From Synechococcus sp. (GTDB lineage: Bacteria > Cyanobacteriota > Cyanobacteriia > PCC-6307 > Cyanobiaceae): a stretch of 64,000 nt of DNA. Of this stretch, positions 10,957 to 20,195 are shown one piece after another. The DNA is taken from assembly GCA_047285305.1 (NCBI GenBank), contig JBJBDL010000003.1, forward strand, positions 1,984,001 to 2,048,000. Reading direction: 5' to 3'. The notes beneath the pieces are model-generated. The model worked only from the letters and a program-made list of their open reading frames with translations. It did not search any database and was not told the DNA's origin. Position numbers and translations under genes: made by a program. The first letter of the stretch is position 1. Every line of letters begins with the position of its first letter.

Positions 10957-11787
10957 GTGCAGATCCCATCCGCCATTCTCACGTTGGTGATCGGGATGGT
11001 CCTTGCTCTGGGCGGCCTATGGATCGGCCAGAACATCAACCTTCTCCCCATCGATGCGAGCGCCAACGCGCCCATTTACGACGAGCTTTTTAAGGTTCTA
11101 TTCACGATTGGCAGCATTCTGTTTATCGGAATCGTTGGCCTTCTCGTGTTCAGCCTGATTCGCTTTCGGCGACGCAGCGGCCAGCTCGGCGACGGCCTTG
11201 CTATCGAAGGAAACCTGCCACTTGAAATTTTCTGGACAGCTGTTCCTGCTGTTGTGGTGCTGTTTGTTGGTCTCTACAGCTACGACATTTACGACCGGAT
11301 GGGTGGCATGGTGCCTCTGGCCCATGACCACATGGGCGGAGCCCACGACGAACAGATCTGGGGAGGCATCAGTTCAGGCTCGATCGAATCAGCAGCCGCA
11401 ACAAATGCTTTACCCGTTGAAGTGACAGCAATGCAATTTGCCTTCCTCTTTCATTACCCAGAGGGAGACATCACGTCAGGTGAACTTCATGTGCCAGCCG
11501 ATCGACCGATCACGCTGCGGATGGAAGCCAAAGATGTGATTCATGCCTTCTGGGTGCCTGAATTTCGCTTGAAGCAGGACGTCATTCCCGGCCAACCAAC
11601 CCAGCTGAGCTTCACACCCACACTCACCGGCCGTTATCCAATCGTGTGCGCCGAACTCTGTGGGCCCTACCACGGTGGAATGCGCTCCACCGTTGTAGTG
11701 GAAAGCCCGGAGGACTGGGACAGCTGGTACAGGGACAACGCCAAAGCCGCACCCGAAGACGAAACGCTCACCATCGCGAACGCCTGA
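10957..11787 (+). CDS. ctaC: Cytochrome c oxidase subunit II
   Basis: LEIFWT, DVIHAFWVP, CuA motif CAELCGPYHGGM; GTG start at 10957. Confidence 0.95.
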   Translation: MQIPSAILTLVIGMVLALGGLWIGQNINLLPIDASANAPIYDELFKVLFTIGSILFIGIVGLLVFSLIRFRRRSGQLGDGLAIEGNLPLEIFWTAVPAVVVLFVGLYSYDIYDRMGGMVPLAHDHMGGAHDEQIWGGISSGSIESAAATNALPVEVTAMQFAFLFHYPEGDITSGELHVPADRPITLRMEAKDVIHAFWVPEFRLKQDVIPGQPTQLSFTPTLTGRYPIVCAELCGPYHGGMRSTVVVESPEDWDSWYRDNAKAAPEDETLTIANA

Positions 11788-11788
11788 G

Positions 11789-13456
11789 ATGACCATCAGT
11801 TTGCCCCCGGAAACGTCCAGCCCTCCACGGCTTCAACCCAGCGGCTGGTTGCGGTATTTCAGCTTCAGCGTTGATCACAAGGTGATCGGGCTGCAGTACC
11901 TCGTCTGCGGCTTTGTTTTTTATCTGATTGGCGGCGCCCTAGCCGGTGCCATTCGCACGGAACTCACCAGTCCCGTGTCCGACTTCATGGCACGTGATGT
12001 CTACAACCAGGTGCTGACGCTCCACGGCACGGTGATGATCTTTCTCTGGATTGTCCCCGTGGTGAATGGTGCTTTTGGGAACTATTTGATCCCCTTTTAT
12101 GTGGGTGCAAGGGACATGGCCTTCCCGCGCCTGAATGCCGTGGCGTTCTGGCTGATCCCTCCAGCCGGTTTGATGCTGATCACCAGCTATTTCCTCACGG
12201 GGGCTGCGCAATCGGGCTGGACGGCCTATCCACCTCTGAGCATCACCACACCAGCAACGGGCCAAATCATCTGGATCTTGAGCGTGCTGCTCCTGGGCGG
12301 AAGTTCGATCTTCGGAGGTATCAACTTCATCGCCACGATTCTCAAACTGCGTCGCCCCGGCTTGAAACTAATGCAGCTCCCCATGTATTGCTGGGCGATG
12401 CTGGGCACCAGCATTCTTGTGGTTCTCTCAACACCGGTTCTGGCGGGAACGTTGGTGTTGCTGAGTTTCGACATCGTTGCCCATACAGGCTTCTTCAACC
12501 CCACCCTTGGGGGAAACGTGGTGGTTTACCAGCATCTGTTCTGGTTCTATTCGCACCCAGCCGTTTACATCATGGTTTTGCCGGCCTTCGGCCTGGTGAG
12601 CGAAATCCTGCCGGTTCATGCCCGCAAGCCGCTGTTCGGCTACGTGACGATGGTGTATTCGATCATGGCCATCGTTGTGTTGGGCCTGATTGTGTGGGCG
12701 CACCACATGTTCACCAGCGGCACACCTCCCTGGATGCGCCTGTTCTTCACCATTGCAACCGCATTCATCGCCGTTCCCACCGGCATCAAATTCTTCAACT
12801 GGTTGGCAACACTCTGGGGCGGCCGCATCAGCCTCAACAGCGCCATGCTGTTTTCCTGCGGTTTCATCGTGAACTTCGTGCTCGGAGGCATCACAGGGGT
12901 CGCCCTGGCGCAGGTGCCGTTCGACATTCATGTGCACGACACCTACTTCGTCGTCGCGCACTTCCACTACATCGTCTTCGGTGGATCGGTGTTCGTGATC
13001 TTCGCCTCGGTCTACCACTGGTATCCCAAGTTCACCGGCCGGATGCTCAATGAAGATCTCGGCCGCCTGCACTGTGCCCTCACGTTCATCGGCTTCAACC
13101 TGTGCTTCGGCCCCCAGCACTGGCTGGGCCTCAATGGGATGCCGCGACGCGTTGCTGAATACGACCCCCAATTCACCCTGATCAATCAGATCAGCTCCGT
13201 CGGAGCCCTGCTGATGGCCATCAGCACCCTGCCTTTCCTCTGGAATGTGATCCAAAGCGCCCTCAGCGGTCCTGTCGCAGGCGACAACCCCTGGAAAGCA
13301 CTCACGCCCGAATGGCTGACCAGTTCTCCGCCACCGGTCGAAAACTGGATTGGTGAGGCCCCTCTGGTGGAAGAGCCCTACGGCTACGGCGTCCCGCCGG
13401 ACGAGCTGGACCTGACCGCAACCAGTGGTCGTGATCTCTGGAGCAGCGGCAAATGA
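11789..13456 (+). CDS. ctaD: Cytochrome c oxidase subunit I
   Basis: HKVIG, WFYSHPAVY, WAHHMF, HFHY, GMPRR. Confidence 0.98.
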   Translation: MTISLPPETSSPPRLQPSGWLRYFSFSVDHKVIGLQYLVCGFVFYLIGGALAGAIRTELTSPVSDFMARDVYNQVLTLHGTVMIFLWIVPVVNGAFGNYLIPFYVGARDMAFPRLNAVAFWLIPPAGLMLITSYFLTGAAQSGWTAYPPLSITTPATGQIIWILSVLLLGGSSIFGGINFIATILKLRRPGLKLMQLPMYCWAMLGTSILVVLSTPVLAGTLVLLSFDIVAHTGFFNPTLGGNVVVYQHLFWFYSHPAVYIMVLPAFGLVSEILPVHARKPLFGYVTMVYSIMAIVVLGLIVWAHHMFTSGTPPWMRLFFTIATAFIAVPTGIKFFNWLATLWGGRISLNSAMLFSCGFIVNFVLGGITGVALAQVPFDIHVHDTYFVVAHFHYIVFGGSVFVIFASVYHWYPKFTGRMLNEDLGRLHCALTFIGFNLCFGPQHWLGLNGMPRRVAEYDPQFTLINQISSVGALLMAISTLPFLWNVIQSALSGPVAGDNPWKALTPEWLTSSPPPVENWIGEAPLVEEPYGYGVPPDELDLTATSGRDLWSSGK

Positions 13457-14052
13457 CCACCACAGTTCCCACGAAGGATCAGAACCACAGCCACGGGGAG
13501 CATTCCGAGCATCCCGATCACCGCATGTTCGGCCTGGCCACATTTCTTGTGGCGGACGCCATGACCTTCGCCGGCTTCTTTGCGGCCTACCTCACCTTCA
13601 AAGCGGTCAATCCCCTACCGGATGGAGCCATCTATGAACTGGAGCTGCCCCTGCCCATCCTCAACACGGTTCTGCTCCTGGTGAGCAGTGCCACCTTCCA
13701 CCGGGCCGGCCAGGCGATCCGACAGGACGACCACGGTCGCTGTCGACGCTGGCTGCTGATCACCGCAGGCCTCGGCCTGGCCTTTCTGGTGAGCCAGATG
13801 GTGGAGTACTTCACACTCCCCTTCGGTCTCACCGACAACCTTTACGCCAGCACCTTCTTCGCCGCCACGGGATTTCATGGTCTCCACGTGACCCTCGGCG
13901 CCCTGATGATCCTGATCGTCTGGTGGCAGGCGAGGCAGCCGCAGGGCCGTGTGACTGCAGCCGACCACTTCCCCCTGGAAGCAGCGGAGTTGTACTGGCA
14001 CTTTGTTGATGGGATCTGGGTGATTCTTTTCGTGATCCTTTATCTGCTCTGA
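13453..14052 (+). CDS. ctaE: Cytochrome c oxidase subunit III
   Basis: TGFHGLHV, YWHFVD. Confidence 0.96.
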   Translation: MTTTVPTKDQNHSHGEHSEHPDHRMFGLATFLVADAMTFAGFFAAYLTFKAVNPLPDGAIYELELPLPILNTVLLLVSSATFHRAGQAIRQDDHGRCRRWLLITAGLGLAFLVSQMVEYFTLPFGLTDNLYASTFFAATGFHGLHVTLGALMILIVWWQARQPQGRVTAADHFPLEAAELYWHFVDGIWVILFVILYLL

Positions 14053-14106
14053 TCCCTTGCCTTGATTGGCGAGCGTGGCCAGAATTCAGTTGAATTAAAT
14101 CTTGAA

Positions 14107-14478
14107 ATGCTGGTCGGCAAGGAACTGCTGGACAAGGCCAGATCGCTCAGCAATCGGCCGGAAGATGACATCGCCCGCGGCTGCGGCTATGTCGGCCCCA
14201 GCGGACGACTGCTGAAAAAGAGTTTTTATAGGGCTCTGGTGGAGGCCAAAGCGGCGGCCCAGGGATGGCAATTGCCGAAAAGCAGCAGCAGTTCCTCAGG
14301 CGGAAGCAGAGGTCGCCAGGCCGAATTCCGAACCCGTGTGCATGGCAACGGCAACCTGCTGATCGGCCACGCTTACACCCGTCGGCTCGGCCTGGAACCC
14401 GGCCAGGAGTTCAAGATCGAGCTGCAGCGGGACTCCGGAATGATCGTTCTGCAGCAGATGGATCAAGACCAGCCGTGA
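14107..14478 (+). CDS. Cyanobacterial AbrB-family transcriptional regulator
   Basis: MLVGKELLDK, ARGCGY, VHGNGNLLIGHAYT. Confidence 0.9.
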   Translation: MLVGKELLDKARSLSNRPEDDIARGCGYVGPSGRLLKKSFYRALVEAKAAAQGWQLPKSSSSSSGGSRGRQAEFRTRVHGNGNLLIGHAYTRRLGLEPGQEFKIELQRDSGMIVLQQMDQDQP

Positions 14479-15131
14479 GCCGCCAGCCAGCTGGCTGACA
14501 GATTCTCGGTCTTGTTGTGGCCATCGGTGTTTCCATCATCGGCATCGGCGGCATGCAGCAGCCGCTCGGCGTAACGGGCCAGTTGATCGGCCTCCAGGTT
14601 CACGGTGTCCCCGACAGCCAGGTGTTTCAGGGTCGTCGCCTCCCAGGTGTGGGGGATGACGGCGAGGCTGAATGTCGTTCCATCGGCTGAACAGTCAGCC
14701 ACCGTGAGGCTGATCCCATCCACCGCGATGCTGGCCTTCTCACAGACATAACGGCCGAATCGGGGATCCGACCAGCGGATCGACAGGGCCCAGGAGTGGG
14801 GAAGGGTCTCCACGCAGGTGACTTCTCCGGTCGCATCCACATGACCGCTCACCAGATGACCTCCAAGGCGGTCGCTCAGTCGAAGCGCTGGCTCGAGGTT
14901 CACCGCACCACCACGGTCCGCTTTGCGTCCCAACGTGGTGCGGCGCAGGGTTTCCTCACTCACATCGGCGCGGAAACCATCCGCGATCAGCTCTGCTGCC
15001 GTGAGGCAAACGCCATCCACAGCAACGCTGTCGCCAAGGGCCAACGGGGCAAAAGGAGCGCAGCCCCAAACCACCACCGCCCCGGCACGGCGCTCGATCC
15101 TTCCAACTGACTGCACCAGCCCCGTGAACAT
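14463..15131 (-). CDS. ribE: Riboflavin synthase alpha subunit
   Basis: MFTGLV start, GDSVAVDGVCLT, VNLE twice, GGHLVSGHVD. Confidence 0.95.
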   Translation of the reverse strand: MFTGLVQSVGRIERRAGAVVVWGCAPFAPLALGDSVAVDGVCLTAAELIADGFRADVSEETLRRTTLGRKADRGGAVNLEPALRLSDRLGGHLVSGHVDATGEVTCVETLPHSWALSIRWSDPRFGRYVCEKASIAVDGISLTVADCSADGTTFSLAVIPHTWEATTLKHLAVGDTVNLEADQLARYAERLLHAADADDGNTDGHNKTENLSASWLAAHGWS

Positions 15132-15180
15132 CGCCCGCAGCGGCTCTCTGGCCATAATCGGATAGAGCCGCGCCGCCGAC

Positions 15181-15729
15181 ATGGTCGAAATGAGCGTCGC
15201 CGGAATTGCCCTCGATGCCGCCAGCCGCACACCCATGGTGCTGCTGAGGGATCCCAGTGGCCGCCGTCAGGTGCCGATCTGGATCGATCAGGCGCAAGCC
15301 CACAACATCATGGCCGGACTGCAGGGGGGAGAACCACCACGCCCCCTCAGCCATGACCTGATGGCAGCACTGTTGGTGGCTGGGGGGCTCGAACTGGAAC
15401 GCGTGATCGTCCACGCGATTGAGGACAGCACCTTTCATGCGGTGTTGAAGCTGCGACCCGATCTGGACGAAGCCGAGTTGGCTGAAAACGAAGTGCTGGA
15501 ACTGATTGAAGTGGATGCCCGACCCAGCGACGCCATTGCGCTGGCGATCCGCACGGGCAGCAGCATCTGGATGCTGGAAGAGGTGGTGGTGGAAGCCTCG
15601 ATATCGGTGGATGCGGAGGCGGATGCGGAAGATCAAAGTGCCTTCAGCCGTTTCGTCGACGACCTCAGCCCTGCGGCCTTGGTGCGCCATCTGCGCAACC
15701 AAGACAGCGAGACGCCCTCGGAGGAGTGA
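15181..15729 (+). CDS. Bifunctional nuclease family protein (DUF151)
   Basis: VPIWI, RPLSHDL, DARPSDAIALA. Confidence 0.9.
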   Translation: MVEMSVAGIALDAASRTPMVLLRDPSGRRQVPIWIDQAQAHNIMAGLQGGEPPRPLSHDLMAALLVAGGLELERVIVHAIEDSTFHAVLKLRPDLDEAELAENEVLELIEVDARPSDAIALAIRTGSSIWMLEEVVVEASISVDAEADAEDQSAFSRFVDDLSPAALVRHLRNQDSETPSEE

Positions 15730-16847
15730 ACACCCGCGCCTTCGGCAGCGGCCGCCCCGTCAGCCTGTTCACCCTCGGCACGATGCGTGCCCTGAACTCT
15801 GCGGCCCAGATGGCCGAGGTACTTGACGCGGCAGCGGCAGCTGGGATCAATCATCTGGAAACCGCCCCGGCCTACGGACCTGCGGAACGTTTTCTGGGAG
15901 AGGCCCTTCGCCAGAACACCCGCACAGGGTCTGATCACTGGGTGATCACCAGCAAACTGCTGCCAGGGCTGAGCTTCGAGGAAGGACAACGCCGCCTTGA
16001 TCAGATTCTGGAGCGGCTGGGCTGTCCACAGCTCGACAACCTCGCGGTCCATGGCCTCAACCGGGAGGAGCATCTGAACTGGGCCCTGGTGGGCGATGGA
16101 GCCAAGCTTCTGGACTGGGCCATCAGCAGTGGCCGCGTCAGCCAGGTGGGCTTCAGCAGCCATGGCAGCAACCCGCTGATCGATCGGGCGCTGCGCAGCC
16201 AGCGCTTCAGGTTCTGCAGCCTGCACCTGCATTGGCTGGATCCCCAGCGCCTGCCCCTGGCCCGTTGGGCCCTGGCGCACGGCCTCGGAGTGATGGCGAT
16301 CTCCCCTGCCGACAAAGGTGGTCGCCTCCAGGCCCCCAGCCCAACACTGATGGAGGACTGCACCCCCTTTGCCCCCCTCGAGCTGGCCTACCGGTTCCTG
16401 CTGGCACAGGGCATCAGCACCCTGACCGTTGGCGCCGCAGCTGCAGGGGATCTTCAACTCGCCGCAACCCTGGCGCAGGGGGATGGGCCCCTCAGCCAGG
16501 CCGAGCAACAGGCTCTGGTCACGGCAGAGCGGCGGCAGCAGGAACGGCTTGGCCAGGAGCATTGCAAGCAGTGCCAGGCCTGCCTTCCCTGTCCGAACGA
16601 GGTTCCGATCCCCGAACTCTTGCGGCTGCGCAATCTGGCCATTGGCCATGGGCTCACCGAATTTGCGCAGGAGCGCTACAACCTCATCGGCCGTGCTGGT
16701 CACTGGTGGGAAGAGCACGACGCCTCCGCCTGTGAACGCTGTGGGGAGTGCCTTCCCCGTTGCCCGCATCACTTGCCCATTCCTGATCTGCTGGCGGACA
16801 CCCACCAACGCTTGAAGGCTTCACCGCGACGGCGGCTCTGGAGCTGA
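15726..16847 (+). CDS. Aldo/keto reductase with C-terminal 4Fe-4S domain
   Basis: LGTMR, HLETAPAYG, GFSSHG, CKQCQACLPCP and CERCGECLPRCP. Confidence 0.9.
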   Translation: MNTRAFGSGRPVSLFTLGTMRALNSAAQMAEVLDAAAAAGINHLETAPAYGPAERFLGEALRQNTRTGSDHWVITSKLLPGLSFEEGQRRLDQILERLGCPQLDNLAVHGLNREEHLNWALVGDGAKLLDWAISSGRVSQVGFSSHGSNPLIDRALRSQRFRFCSLHLHWLDPQRLPLARWALAHGLGVMAISPADKGGRLQAPSPTLMEDCTPFAPLELAYRFLLAQGISTLTVGAAAAGDLQLAATLAQGDGPLSQAEQQALVTAERRQQERLGQEHCKQCQACLPCPNEVPIPELLRLRNLAIGHGLTEFAQERYNLIGRAGHWWEEHDASACERCGECLPRCPHHLPIPDLLADTHQRLKASPRRRLWS

Positions 16848-16970
16848 ATCACGCCGTGGGGAGTGCCTTCCCCGTTGCCCGCATCACTTGCCCATTCCTG
16901 ATCTGCTGGCGGACACCCACCAACGCTTGAAGGCTTCACCGCGACGGCGGCTCTGGAGCTGAATCACGCC
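16741..16970. repeat. Exact 115-bp tandem duplication (16741-16855 and 16856-16970)
   Basis: GTGGGGAGTGCCTTCC...GAGCTGAATCACGCC occurs twice head to tail. Confidence 0.97.
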
Positions 16971-17949
16971 AGCGCTCTTCCAGGGCGCTCCGGTCTTCGG
17001 GCAACAGCGGTGGCAGCGACCAGCAGCGCGACCAGGTGTCTGCGGACGGAAAGAGCAGAGGCCGCAGACGCGCCGATAGGGCGTTCTGGTCCACCATCAG
17101 CCCTAGCGATGCAATCGGAGCCCGCCATCCCTGCTGCACCAAGCGGCGACGCAGGGGATCCCGCCATCCCTGCTCGACCCAGCGCTGGGGAACCGGTTCA
17201 CGACTGGCCTCCGGCCTAAGCAGAACAGTCCAGTGCAAGGGGGCGCCGGAGGCAGGCAGGATCGCCCGAAGACGGGGATCACGCCCCAACAGAGCGATGC
17301 AGCGGCTCAGGGGAAGAACCACCACCTTGGCCTCACCCTTAAGCAACCAGTTGGTGGCTTGACGGTCGTCATAGGTGAGGGCCTGGCGACGCAGCGCAGG
17401 CAAAGCCTGGCCTCCTCCCAAATGGTCCGCCAGGCTCATGACCAAGCGGGGGCTGGCGGGAAGCACCACACGCCCTGCCATGGCGGAATCCAGCAACAGG
17501 GGCCACCCCTCCTGGGTCATGGCCGCGTAATCCCGCAGCAGCATCACCCAGGGACTGACGGCCAGCGGCAACACCCGATCCTGAAGAGCACCGAGGCTGG
17601 CCAGCAGAGCCTTGGCCTGACCATCCAACTGGCTCAGGAGCGGTTCAGAGGCAATGGGCTGGAGCGTGTCCGCTGGATGGGCATCAAGCCATCCATCACC
17701 GATCACCAACACATCGGCACGCGCCTGATCCGCCGGCCTCCAGTCCTGCTGGGCTGGAGCCAACGTCAGGCTCCAGGGCTTGGGCAAGGCATCAGCCCAC
17801 GCTTTCGGCAAAACCCCAGCCGGAGCCATCAGGGTTGGCACGGATGTCGCCGGACGACAGCCCGCCAGCAGCACGGTTCCCGTCGCCCCGATCATCTGGA
17901 GCACTTGGCGCCGGCGCAGGGGACCCAACCGCTCTCTCCAGACGTTCAT
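16936..17949 (-). CDS. ABC transporter substrate-binding-like (lipo)protein with twin-arginine signal
   Basis: RRRQVL Tat-like motif, LLAGC lipobox, GDGWL, SGAPLHW. Confidence 0.7.
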   Translation of the reverse strand: MNVWRERLGPLRRRQVLQMIGATGTVLLAGCRPATSVPTLMAPAGVLPKAWADALPKPWSLTLAPAQQDWRPADQARADVLVIGDGWLDAHPADTLQPIASEPLLSQLDGQAKALLASLGALQDRVLPLAVSPWVMLLRDYAAMTQEGWPLLLDSAMAGRVVLPASPRLVMSLADHLGGGQALPALRRQALTYDDRQATNWLLKGEAKVVVLPLSRCIALLGRDPRLRAILPASGAPLHWTVLLRPEASREPVPQRWVEQGWRDPLRRRLVQQGWRAPIASLGLMVDQNALSARLRPLLFPSADTWSRCWSLPPLLPEDRSALEERWRDSAPEPPSR

Positions 17950-19145
17950 GGGCTTGACGTTACGGGGCGGCTGAGCAGCTGCTCCAGGGCGTGCTCACAA
18001 TCCAGCACCAGATCGGCACACGAGCATCCACGCAACTGGGCGAGCAGCAAAAGAGCGCCGGCCCCCACCCCTTCTTTCACATAGCCCCGTTCGTAGTCAC
18101 GTAAGGGTTGATGGGTGCTGCTGTGAAAACGCACGCCGCAGGCCAGAACGGAGAGGGCAGCAGCCAGGTGGCCCGCAGTGGCATCCACCAGCCCGCCGAA
18201 GGGGGACTGACCTGCACCATCCGCAGCCTCATCGGCGAGCCAACCGGTGGTGCCAATCAGCACCTGGGCCGCCAGCTGGTCCCGCTGAAAAGTGGGCAAA
18301 GCCTGCATCGCCAAGGCCAGAACAGCCAGCATCTGGCAACCGCCCCCCAGCAACAACGGTTGTCCCGCGGACACCGCACCCACCAACACCCCTGCAGTGA
18401 AGGCCTGAAAAGGGTCACCAACAGCGGCCAGGATCTGCTCGGCCGAAGGATGCGCACCAAGCGAGGCCCGCTGAAGCCCCCGGACAACGAGATCTTTCTT
18501 GAGTTGCTGCGGCGGATGAAGAGCACTACCGCTGATCAGATGGGCAACCTCCACGCCGAGGGCCGTCAACACCGCTTGAGCGGTTGTGGTGCCCCCTGGA
18601 ACACACTCCGCCACCACCAAGGGGCGTTGCAACCCCCGCCCCAGCAGCTCTCCCTGTCGCCACAAATGCTGCACCCGCGGCAATGGCATCGCCGCACCAC
18701 TGGACAGGCAGGCCGAGGGGCCTTGGTCCAGGGGCTCGATGTGCAGGTGAGGAAAATCGGGTTTCTGAGCCAAGCCGAGGGCCGCCACCTGCGGCCTCAA
18801 CGTCAAGCGTCGCGCCGCGACATGGCTGAGCAGGGCGGGGGAGACGCCAGCGGGCAGAGGCGGCAGAGGCCAACGGCGCTGCCGCGCCGGCCCGTGAATC
18901 AGTAGCTCCGCATCAGCCAGGGCGGTGTAGCGCCGCGAAGCCACGGTGGAGCCAGCGGCTGAAATTCCTTCATGCTCAGCCGTTTGTGTGGCCGCCAGAA
19001 CGAGCAAAAGATCTAGCGGTTGATCGTTGGAGGTCCAGGGACGAAGTGCCGCTGCGTCCAACGTTCGTGCACCGAGACCTCCCAGCTGCTGGCAGCCCTC
19101 AGGCAACACCGAGGCTTCAGAGGGGATCGAGGGCGATGAGTCCAT
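17946..19145 (-). CDS. cobT: Nicotinate-nucleotide--dimethylbenzimidazole phosphoribosyltransferase (cyanobacterial/archaeal type)
   Basis: GISAAG, ECVPGGTTTA, VGDPFQ, GGCQM, YERGYVKEGVGAG. Confidence 0.88.
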   Translation of the reverse strand: MDSSPSIPSEASVLPEGCQQLGGLGARTLDAAALRPWTSNDQPLDLLLVLAATQTAEHEGISAAGSTVASRRYTALADAELLIHGPARQRRWPLPPLPAGVSPALLSHVAARRLTLRPQVAALGLAQKPDFPHLHIEPLDQGPSACLSSGAAMPLPRVQHLWRQGELLGRGLQRPLVVAECVPGGTTTAQAVLTALGVEVAHLISGSALHPPQQLKKDLVVRGLQRASLGAHPSAEQILAAVGDPFQAFTAGVLVGAVSAGQPLLLGGGCQMLAVLALAMQALPTFQRDQLAAQVLIGTTGWLADEAADGAGQSPFGGLVDATAGHLAAALSVLACGVRFHSSTHQPLRDYERGYVKEGVGAGALLLLAQLRGCSCADLVLDCEHALEQLLSRPVTSSP

Positions 19146-19770
19146 GCAGCAGCCTCGGGGGCTCCGGAATCGGTGATTTCAGGCGGGGAAAGATCCAGTA
19201 GGCCAAAGCATGAAGAGACAGCACATAGATGACCTCCTGAACCACCACCAACAGCAACGCCATCAACTGCACCTGGGTGAGATCCGGTGTGATCGGCAGA
19301 TGCAGTACCGCGATCAAGCGCTCGAGCAGAGCGGAACCGGCCCGGGTGATCACGACCCAGAGGTTTTCTCCCACGAGCAACGAAAGCACCAGAACTCGCA
19401 CCAAAAACCCTGCCGTTCCAAGAACAACGCCCCCCGACCAGCTCAGCCACCAGCTGATCCCCCGGCACCAGCTCCAGCCCAGCCAGAGCGACAAAAGGCC
19501 GTAGGGAAACAGCAGCAGCGGTCCACGCAAAGGCCCCATCAAGGCGGTGAGCAGCAGCACAGAGAGCAGCAGACCCTCTGCACCGGAACGGTTGCCACGA
19601 CGCAACTGCAGCAGGATCAGGGGCAAGGGAAGGGCCAGACGGAACAGCGCACCACCCACCGGCAAGTAGTACAGAGCCAACCAGATCAGCCCAGTCGCTG
19701 CCGCGAGATATGCCCCCTCAACCAGCCTCAGAGCCTGCTGGCGGCTCAACCGGGGGGTCGCGTCGGTCAT
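19117..19770 (-). CDS. DUF2232-like membrane protein
   Basis: VEGAYLAA, LMGPLRG, many TM segments. Confidence 0.8.
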   Translation of the reverse strand: MTDATPRLSRQQALRLVEGAYLAAATGLIWLALYYLPVGGALFRLALPLPLILLQLRRGNRSGAEGLLLSVLLLTALMGPLRGPLLLFPYGLLSLWLGWSWCRGISWWLSWSGGVVLGTAGFLVRVLVLSLLVGENLWVVITRAGSALLERLIAVLHLPITPDLTQVQLMALLLVVVQEVIYVLSLHALAYWIFPRLKSPIPEPPRLLHGLIALDPL

Positions 19771-20195
19771 GGTTCAACCCGCTCAATCCGTTCCACCGCA
19801 AAGCCAACATCCGCCTCACGCAGGGCGCGGGTGACGGCTTCAGCAGGAGCGGCAGGGTCGGCTCCGACCAAACGGATGGTGATCCGGTAGGGCGCCTGGG
19901 GCAGACGTTGGGATGACACCGTCCGCGGTTTTGGCTGTGGAACGGGATCAGGAGCATCCGTTGCCTCAGACAGGGAAACAGCCTCGGCCGCCGGCGTTGA
20001 GAGGCCCTCAGCAGTAGGGCTGGCAACCGATGGGCTGACAACTGCTGGGCTGGTCTTCACAACCGGTGCGGGCGCAGCTGCCTGGGCCGGCCTGGCTTCA
20101 GGCACCGCGAAGGAGCGTTCCAACTGTTCAGCGACCGGTGTGCCGGCACAGGCCTGCAGGAGCCCCACAGGCAGCAGCCAAAGCAGACGGGCCAT
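19767..20195 (-). CDS. Hypothetical lipoprotein
   Basis: LQAC lipobox, P/A-rich linker, PYRITIRL...APAEAVTRALR. Confidence 0.75.
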   Translation of the reverse strand: MARLLWLLPVGLLQACAGTPVAEQLERSFAVPEARPAQAAAPAPVVKTSPAVVSPSVASPTAEGLSTPAAEAVSLSEATDAPDPVPQPKPRTVSSQRLPQAPYRITIRLVGADPAAPAEAVTRALREADVGFAVERIERVEP

